Assembly: GCA_030674455.1 (NCBI GenBank)
Contig: JAUSGQ010000029.1
Coordinates: 6,625-70,624 of the forward strand
Reading direction: 5' to 3'
DNA length: 64,000 nt
Source: a bacterium
Lineage (GTDB): Bacteria; Patescibacteriota; Minisyncoccia; Phycocordibacterales; UBA2100
In this document: positions 57,671 to 64,000 of the stretch, in pieces
How positions within the stretch are numbered: position 1 is the stretch's first letter
How the letters are laid out: the number at the start of each line of letters is the position of its first letter
Notes under the pieces: generated by a model
Told to the model about the DNA's origin: nothing
Seen by the model: the letters and a program-made list of their open reading frames with translations, nothing else
The model's database searches: none
Made by a program: the position numbers and the translations under genes

Positions 57671-59131
57671 TTGTGGGATGATTTGTCTATGATTCCTCCC
57701 GAAAAAGTGACTCTATTGGAAAGTCTGGTATTTGGGCAGCGAGTGGCTGAAGAAGAGCCCCGTCTGGAGGAGTACTTTGTTGAAACTTTGCTTTGGCGAA
57801 AGATTTTGCGTGGGGAAATAGACATCGTGTACGGAATGAAAGGGTCCGGAAAAAGCGCAATTTTCCATCTTCTGACAACTGGTCGAAATATGCCCGCTGG
57901 CATCAGGGTAATTCCTGCGGAGTATACTCGTGGAACGCCGGTTTTTAATGCAATAAAAACCGATCCACCTCCATCAGAAGTTCAGTTTGTGTATCTCTGG
58001 AAGCTGTATGTACTTTCACTTATTGCGAACGACGCCGAGATATTGAAAGTTCTCAAAAGCGATCACGCAGAACTTGTAGCAGAACTAGGTTCGGTGGGTG
58101 TAATTGGTGAGGATAAGGGTGAAATTCTAAAAAAAGCTCTACGGTATGTAGATACCATAAAAATACCCAATCTCGTCGAAGTGGGAATTAGTCACTCACA
58201 GGAGGCAGAGGACAAAAGAATAAATGTAGATCGAGCGATGGACGTACTTAATCATATTTTATCAAAAACAGGAAGTAACGTGTGGGTCTTGTTCGATCGA
58301 CTGGACTCGGTGTTTGATGATAACTCAGGTCTTGAAGAAAACGCACTCCGGGCATTATTTAAGACCTACAGAGATTTCTCAAGATACGATCATATATGTC
58401 TCAAGATATTTCTTCGTACCGATATCTGGAAAGCATTAACCAGTAAGGGATTTCGGGAGGCAAGTCACATAACGCAATCCGAAACAATTGAGTGGTCGGA
58501 GGTAAACATCGTAAACCTCATTGTCAGGCGCATTCTTAGCAATCCAAATATTGCCACTTTTTACCATGTTGTGCCAGAGCAAGTATTGGCCAATTATGAC
58601 GAACAGAAGAAGCTCTTTTATAGAATATTTCCAGATCAAATTGACGCAGGTTCAAGAAAGTCGGAAACCATAAGATGGTTGATGACGCGGGTGGGGGATG
58701 GAACACGACAGGTTGCACCTCGCGAACTCATTCATCTCTTAAATCAGTCGAAAGATGAGCAAATCAAAGCGTTGGAGCTTGGTGAATCTGTACCTGATGG
58801 AGAACATCTCTTTTCACCAGCAGCTATGAAAAGAGCATTGCCCGCAGTATCTCAAGTTCGTCTGGAACAAACTATCTTTGCTGAATACCCCAATTTGAGA
58901 CAGCACATTCTCATGCTGGAGAGCGAGAAAGCAACACAAACTCTCGAAACATTATCGAAAATCTGGAACGTGGATGAAGGGGAAACACTTAAAATTGCGT
59001 CAACCCTAGTTGAGATTGGTTTCTTTGAGCTACGTGGAGAAAAGAGAAAGCCGGAGTATTGGGTACCCTTCCTCTATCGGCCTCATTTAAAATTGATTCA
59101 GGGCAAAGCGGAGGAGGATGAATATGCTTAA
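57671..59131 (+). CDS. Uncharacterised P-loop NTPase (Walker A GMKGSGKSA, Walker B VWVLFDRLD); candidate defence/toxin-system ATPase
   Basis: Walker motifs seen. No confident family assignment. Operonic with a zeta-toxin-like gene. Confidence 0.5.
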   Translation: MWDDLSMIPPEKVTLLESLVFGQRVAEEEPRLEEYFVETLLWRKILRGEIDIVYGMKGSGKSAIFHLLTTGRNMPAGIRVIPAEYTRGTPVFNAIKTDPPPSEVQFVYLWKLYVLSLIANDAEILKVLKSDHAELVAELGSVGVIGEDKGEILKKALRYVDTIKIPNLVEVGISHSQEAEDKRINVDRAMDVLNHILSKTGSNVWVLFDRLDSVFDDNSGLEENALRALFKTYRDFSRYDHICLKIFLRTDIWKALTSKGFREASHITQSETIEWSEVNIVNLIVRRILSNPNIATFYHVVPEQVLANYDEQKKLFYRIFPDQIDAGSRKSETIRWLMTRVGDGTRQVAPRELIHLLNQSKDEQIKALELGESVPDGEHLFSPAAMKRALPAVSQVRLEQTIFAEYPNLRQHILMLESEKATQTLETLSKIWNVDEGETLKIASTLVEIGFFELRGEKRKPEYWVPFLYRPHLKLIQGKAEEDEYA

Positions 59132-59294
59132 AGCCATTTTGTTGCGGTATTGCAAACTCTCTGTCCAAAGTTCTTCTTGACGCGCATCATAAGCTTGATT
59201 GGGCAGTTGACGCCTGCTATGGCAAAAGAAATTTCAAATCTGAACCGGAGCGATTGGAGTTTTTGTTTGATTTATACAAGAAACTAACAAACGT

Positions 59295-60008
59295 ATGAAT
59301 ATAATCAATGAGGATAAAGAGCTTGCGGAGAGGGCGATGATTTGGGTTAAGCAGAATCAAAGACAGATTGTTGAAGATTTTGCTGGAAAGTTTCTTCCTG
59401 CTCCGGAACAAGCCGTATCAATCTTCATGGCAGGTTCACCGGGGGCCGGTAAAACTGAGTTCTCTCGACGCTTAATCGAAAAACAATTCGGCGCAGAGAA
59501 CAAATATATTATGCGTATTGATGCAGATGAAATTCGTTCGAAACTACCGTGTTATGTGGCAGGCAAATCGCATATTTTTCAACCTGCTGTTTCCGTTGCG
59601 GTTGAAAAGATACACGATCACGCCTTAGGCACGGGTAAAAGTTTCGTCTTGGATGGGACACTTACCAACCTAAAGAAGGCGCGCGACAATATTAAAAGGT
59701 CTCTTGAGAAGTCTCGGGTGGCATTCATCGAATATATCTATCAGGACCCCATCGTTGCGTGGGATTTCACCCAAAAAAGGGAGGCAGTGGAGGGTAGAAA
59801 TATTCCGCGGGATGCGTTCATAGACCAGTTCTTCCTTGCCAGAGAGAATGCTACAATTCTGAAGAGAGAGTTTGGGAAAGATATCACTCTCGACGTCGTC
59901 ACAAGGAACATCAGTACTAATGAGTACAAGTATTGGTTTAACGTTGACAATGTTGACAGCTGTATAAAAGATGAGTATAGTAAGGACCAGCTTTTAAAGA
60001 ATTTATGA
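59295..60008 (+). CDS. Zeta-toxin-family P-loop kinase-like protein
   Basis: 'IFMAGSPGAGKTEFSRRL...YIMRIDADEIR' parallels the zeta/PezT Walker A plus downstream catalytic Asp motif (GGQPGSGKT...IDNDTFK). Confidence 0.6.
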   Translation: MNIINEDKELAERAMIWVKQNQRQIVEDFAGKFLPAPEQAVSIFMAGSPGAGKTEFSRRLIEKQFGAENKYIMRIDADEIRSKLPCYVAGKSHIFQPAVSVAVEKIHDHALGTGKSFVLDGTLTNLKKARDNIKRSLEKSRVAFIEYIYQDPIVAWDFTQKREAVEGRNIPRDAFIDQFFLARENATILKREFGKDITLDVVTRNISTNEYKYWFNVDNVDSCIKDEYSKDQLLKNL

Positions 60009-60238
60009 AAGACTTTATTTACATTATCAAGTCTCTTTTCAAAAGAGAGGAGATAAAGATGCTTCCCAAGGTAAACCATAAAGAGGAAGTAACTGACCCC
60101 GTGTATCACTTTTTTGTGCATGGAAAAGCAATCGAAAGAAAGCGTGTATACGATAAGGCTCTTAAGGCTGCAGAAGCAGACCAAAAGGAAATCATTCGGA
60201 AATACAAATTACTTGAAAAGGATTTAGCGTCTGCGTAG
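60005..60238 (+). CDS. Small hypothetical protein (77 aa), translationally coupled (ATGA overlap) to the zeta-like gene
   Basis: ORF with overlapping start/stop. Predicted helical/coiled C-terminus. Confidence 0.4.
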   Translation: MKDFIYIIKSLFKREEIKMLPKVNHKEEVTDPVYHFFVHGKAIERKRVYDKALKAAEADQKEIIRKYKLLEKDLASA

Positions 60239-60566
60239 CCGCCCAGTGTCCGGCGATATTCTCAATTGCTGCCACTGCGTCCGTCTTGAGAATTGGTCGA
60301 CGAGGTGGGCGTCGGCACTTGTAGACAGGCCGTCTACAGGCGAATCAGTAGATTTCGTAGCTTGGCCTGCCTATCTCAACCCCATAGGCCACGATTTTCC
60401 ACAGTCTTCAAGATTGCACAAAAATACTGTGTGATATAGTGCGGTCGTGTCAGCACAAAAACCCACCCGTCCACAGGCGAATCAGCAGATTTCGTGGCTT
60501 GGCCTGCCGATATCTGTCCTATCGGCCACTGCGAAAAAGCATGCGGGAGTGCGCCGCGTAATCAGG

Positions 60567-62975
60567 ATGGAAGAGGCCGGCATCGGAGACGTGCGGCGCG
60601 TGGGAGGGAAAAATGCATCTCTCGGCGAGATGATTCAGGAGCTTTCTTCGCAAGGCATTCGCGTGCCGACGGGGTTCATAATCACTACCGACGGTTATCG
60701 CTCGTTCATAGAAGAAGCGGGGTTGACGCCGTTTATTAAGACGACGCTCAAGAATGTAAGCGCGAAGAACCTCGATGTTCTTGAGAAGTCGTGCCAAAAA
60801 GTACGGCACGCGATCGAGAAGGCAGACATTCCTATCTCGCTTCAGAATGAGATTACGGAAGCGTATGCGGAAATGGAGAAGCAGTATGGAAATAATATCG
60901 ACGTGGCCATCCGCTCAAGCGCCACGGCCGAAGACCTTCCGGGCGCCAGCTTTGCCGGCGGGTACGAAACATATCTTGGCATTCGCGGGAAGAACGATGT
61001 CTTGAAGGCCGTCAAATCATCGTTCGCATCGCTTTTCACCGCGCGCGCTGTCTCGTACAGAATAGATAAAAAGTTCGACCATTTCGCAATAGCGCTCTCA
61101 GTCGCAATTCAGCGGATGGTGCGCACAGACATGGGCGCCTCCGGCGTCATGTTTACTATCGATACGGAAACAGGTTTTGAAGACGTCATCATTATCAACG
61201 GTGCTTACGGATTGGGTGAAATGGTCGTGCAAGGGCACGTCATACCGGATGAATACCTGGTCGCAAAGCATCGCCTGCACCACGCGCCGGCTCCCATCAT
61301 CGGCAAAAAGCTCGGAGCGAAGAGCTCGAAGATGGTCTATGGCCCAAAGGGAGGCATTAAGCCTGTGAAGGTGGTTAAGACGAACGCGAAAGACAGAGCG
61401 AAGTTCGTCCTCAATGACGAGCAAATACTGATGCTCGCGCACTGGGCCGAGATAATTGAAAAGCACTACACGAAAAAGCGCGGCACGAAGAGCCCGATGG
61501 ATATTGAATGGGGGCTCGACGGGAGAACGAACGAACTGTTCGTTTTGCAGGCGCGGCCGGAAACTGTCCAAGTCTCAAAAGACCGCGGAAAGCTAAAAGA
61601 ATATATTTTGAGAGAAGAGGGAACGTTGCTTGCCAAAGGATTTTCTGTCGGCAATAAAATTGTCACCGGCAAAGCACGCGTCATTGGAAGTTTGCGCGAC
61701 ATGAGCACGCTGCTTCCCGGCGAAGTACTAATCACCGAAATGACAGACCCGGATTGGGAGCCCATCATGAAAAAAGCCGCCGCAATCGTTACCGACAAGG
61801 GCGGGCGAACATCGCATGCGGCAATCGTGAGCCGCGAACTGGGCCTTTCGGCTGTGGTTGGCGCGGAGCCTGTCACGAGGCACATAAAGACCGGACAAAT
61901 GGTTACGGTAGATACTACTGGAAGCGAGGGGAGGATTTACGCGGGCGCGCTGAAATTTGAAGTTCGGGAAACAAATGTTGCAAGCATTCCCAAGACGCGG
62001 ACAAAGATAACGATGAACATCGCCACGCCGGACACGGCGTTCGAAAAATCATTCCTGCCGAATAGCGGCGTAGGGCTTGCCAGAGAAGAATTCGTTATCG
62101 CCGCATCTGTCGGCGTCCACCCCTTGGCACTCTTGCACTACAAAGAGCTTGAACCGAAGATGCAGAAAAAGGTTGATGCCATTACGCGCGGCTGGGAAGA
62201 CAGGAGCGCGTATTATGTCGACAACCTCGCGTTCGGCATCGCAAAAATCGCCGCCGCCTTTTATCCGAAGCAGGTGATCGTGCGATTCTCCGATTTTAAG
62301 AGCAACGAGTACCGCTCGCTCCTTGGCGGAGATCTGTTTGAGCCGCATGAAGAAAATCCGATGTTGGGCTGGCGGGGCGCGTCGCGCTACTATGACCCGA
62401 AATTCCGCGAAGCATTTCTTTTGGAATGCCGCGCGATGCACAAAGTAAGAGTCTCCATGGGATTGGACAATGCGATACCGATGATCCCATTCTGCCGGAC
62501 TCTTGAGGAGGGGCGAAAGGTACTGGAAACAATGAAAGACGGGGGGTTATTCCCCAATCTGCTTCCGCACGAAGAGGAAACGGATGCATCGGTTACGCCC
62601 GTTATCGTCATGTGCGAGGTGCCGTCGAATGCGATTCTTGCCGAGGAGTTCTTGGAGATTTTTGACGGCATGTCTATCGGCTCAAATGATTTGACCCAGC
62701 TCACGCTCGGTCTTGACCGCGACTCGGGAATCGTGAACAGAGTGGCAGACGAGAACGATCCGGCAGTAAAGAAATTAATTTCGCAGGTTATTGCCGTTTG
62801 CAGAAAGAAGAAGAAATACGTCGGCATTTGCGGGCAAGGGCCGTCGGACCATCCGGCCTTTGCGAAATTCCTCGTTGAACAGGGAATTGAAAGCATGTCT
62901 TTGAATCCTGATTCTGTAATCAAGACAACGATAGCCGTGGCAAAAATTGAGGCGAAGATGCACAAAAGCCGGTAG
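60567..62975 (+). CDS. ppsA: Phosphoenolpyruvate synthase (pyruvate, water dikinase)
   Basis: 'VGGKNASLGEM', 'GGRTSHAAIVSRELG', C-terminal PEP-utilising domain. Start taken at MEEAGIGDV; the ORF-track start at 60447 would read through an upstream direct repeat. Confidence 0.85.
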   Translation: MEEAGIGDVRRVGGKNASLGEMIQELSSQGIRVPTGFIITTDGYRSFIEEAGLTPFIKTTLKNVSAKNLDVLEKSCQKVRHAIEKADIPISLQNEITEAYAEMEKQYGNNIDVAIRSSATAEDLPGASFAGGYETYLGIRGKNDVLKAVKSSFASLFTARAVSYRIDKKFDHFAIALSVAIQRMVRTDMGASGVMFTIDTETGFEDVIIINGAYGLGEMVVQGHVIPDEYLVAKHRLHHAPAPIIGKKLGAKSSKMVYGPKGGIKPVKVVKTNAKDRAKFVLNDEQILMLAHWAEIIEKHYTKKRGTKSPMDIEWGLDGRTNELFVLQARPETVQVSKDRGKLKEYILREEGTLLAKGFSVGNKIVTGKARVIGSLRDMSTLLPGEVLITEMTDPDWEPIMKKAAAIVTDKGGRTSHAAIVSRELGLSAVVGAEPVTRHIKTGQMVTVDTTGSEGRIYAGALKFEVRETNVASIPKTRTKITMNIATPDTAFEKSFLPNSGVGLAREEFVIAASVGVHPLALLHYKELEPKMQKKVDAITRGWEDRSAYYVDNLAFGIAKIAAAFYPKQVIVRFSDFKSNEYRSLLGGDLFEPHEENPMLGWRGASRYYDPKFREAFLLECRAMHKVRVSMGLDNAIPMIPFCRTLEEGRKVLETMKDGGLFPNLLPHEEETDASVTPVIVMCEVPSNAILAEEFLEIFDGMSIGSNDLTQLTLGLDRDSGIVNRVADENDPAVKKLISQVIAVCRKKKKYVGICGQGPSDHPAFAKFLVEQGIESMSLNPDSVIKTTIAVAKIEAKMHKSR

Positions 62976-63001
62976 CCTGTAGCTAGCAGCTTGTAGCCAA
63001 A

Positions 63002-64000
63002 ATGCAAAACGAGAAACATGCAATTCGGCCGGTCGCACTGATAATTCTGGACGGATGGGGACATCGCGAAGAATCACAACACAACGCTATCTTTCACGCC
63101 AAGATTCCTCATTACGACGCGATGTGGAAGCACTATCCGCACACGACGCTCCTTGCGAGCGAGGGAGGGGTCGGACTTCCGGAAGGGCAGATAGGCAACA
63201 GCGAAGTCGGCCATATGACCATAGGTGCAGGAACGATAATAGACACCAGTCTCGTCCGTATCAATAAATCAGCGCAGGAAGGAAAATTCTTGAAGAACGT
63301 GGTTTTCCAGAAGATATTCGCTCATGTCAAAAACAACGATTCCACCCTGCACGTGTTGGGACTGGTGAGCCCTGGGGGAATCCACAGCCACAGCGACCAT
63401 CTCAATGCATTTTTGGAGGCGGCCAAAGAATCCGGCGTAACAAAAGTCGCCATTCATGCGTTCACCGACGGGCGCGACACGCCGCCGCGCAGCGCTTCAA
63501 AGTACCTGCGAGAACTTGAAAATGAACTGTCCAGACTTGGGATTGGACGCATCGCAACGGTCTCCGGCAGATTCTACGCGATGGATCGCGATAACAACTG
63601 GGAGAGATTGAAGCAGTTTGAAGATGCTGCTTTTCACGCCAGCGCAATTCTGAAAAGTTCCGACAGGCCGTCGGAAGTCATAGAGCAGCAATACAAACAG
63701 GGAGCGCTTGACGAACACTTGAAGCCCATCGTTTTTCTTGATGAGCGCGGGAAAACAGAAACAATCGGAGGAAATGATGCCGTATTCCTTTTTAATTTTC
63801 GCGCCGACCGCGTGCGGGCATTTACGAAAAAGGCGCTCGAGTATGCCGAAGGAAAGAACATGCTCATTGCCACGATGACTGAATATCACCCGAAGTTTGC
63901 GGTTGAAGTCGCATTTCCTCCGTTCTCGATCGAAACTACGCTGAGTAGCGAGATTTCCAAAGCCGGTTTTTCACAAGTGCATATTGCCGAGACTGAGAAA
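63002..64000 (+). CDS. gpmI: 2,3-bisphosphoglycerate-independent phosphoglycerate mutase, 3'-partial (runs off the window)
   Basis: Hand-translated: 'IRPVALIILDGWGHRE...GNSEVGHMTIGAG...GGIHSHSDHL'. Confidence 0.85.
   Translation, partial: MQNEKHAIRPVALIILDGWGHREESQHNAIFHAKIPHYDAMWKHYPHTTLLASEGGVGLPEGQIGNSEVGHMTIGAGTIIDTSLVRINKSAQEGKFLKNVVFQKIFAHVKNNDSTLHVLGLVSPGGIHSHSDHLNAFLEAAKESGVTKVAIHAFTDGRDTPPRSASKYLRELENELSRLGIGRIATVSGRFYAMDRDNNWERLKQFEDAAFHASAILKSSDRPSEVIEQQYKQGALDEHLKPIVFLDERGKTETIGGNDAVFLFNFRADRVRAFTKKALEYAEGKNMLIATMTEYHPKFAVEVAFPPFSIETTLSSEISKAGFSQVHIAETEK

Noticed and set aside
57671-59131. Assigning the 486-aa P-loop protein to a named defence family (Gabija GajA, Septu PtuA, AbiEii, KAP NTPase)
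   Set aside because: Only generic Walker A/B motifs can be seen. No TOPRIM, HNH or TM insert is evident. Naming a family without an HMM search would be a guess.
60447-60566. Long N-terminal extension of the ppsA ORF (MSAQKPTRPQANQQISWLGLPISV...)
   Set aside because: The extension is a translation of an intergenic 45-bp direct repeat. PEP synthases begin just before the VGGKNASLGEM motif, so the start was moved to 60567.
1-64000. tRNA or rRNA genes in intergenic regions (16432-16607, 22101-22221, 49908-50073 inspected)
   Set aside because: No cloverleaf-compatible sequence with conserved T-loop (GTTCGA/GTTCRA) or acceptor pairing was found by eye. The 16.5 kb and 50.0 kb elements form different nested-stem structures.

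Overview
This 64 kb window reads as a chromosomal segment from a small-genome bacterium, densely packed with core metabolism genes but interrupted by many hairpin-flanked mini-elements. It has no rRNA, tRNA or CRISPR.

Core content:
- Purine biosynthesis: purL, purQ, purE, purM, purC, purB, plus a stand-alone IMP-cyclohydrolase domain.
- A thymidylate cluster: folA, thyA, dcd, glyA.
- An arginine cluster: argC, argJ, argB, argD.
- Lower glycolysis: a 2-hydroxyacid dehydrogenase, glycerate kinase, eno, a minimal pyk, ppsA and gpmI.
- glnA followed by an ammonium transporter, and a manganese regulator/transporter pair (mntR, mntH).
- An ABC transporter.

Cell-surface proteins:
- The 5' end holds a 5'-truncated giant repeat-rich surface protein of more than 2,000 aa. 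It contains a near-identical 2.8 kb internal duplication and a 150-nt tandem array.
- A RhuM-family gene follows it.
- A secreted glycine-rich LamG-like protein comes next and shares a glycine-rich module with the giant protein.

Mobile and repeat content:
- Three IS200/RAYT-like Y1 transposases, each bracketed by its own perfect hairpin.
- Two families of 30-36 nt perfect palindromes flanking small ArsR-type regulator genes. One copy sits in-frame inside folA.
- A four-helix-bundle gene cassette with 13-bp inverted repeats inserted into an ABC transporter operon.
- Several further families of repeated intergenic elements.

The strongest candidate for an undescribed system is the accessory island at about 56.35-60.35 kb. 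It carries an ArsR regulator, a SWIM zinc-finger protein, a P-loop NTPase of unknown function, a zeta-toxin-like kinase and a small coupled ORF. The island is bounded by palindromes and short inverted repeats and, by eye, is AT-richer than its surroundings.
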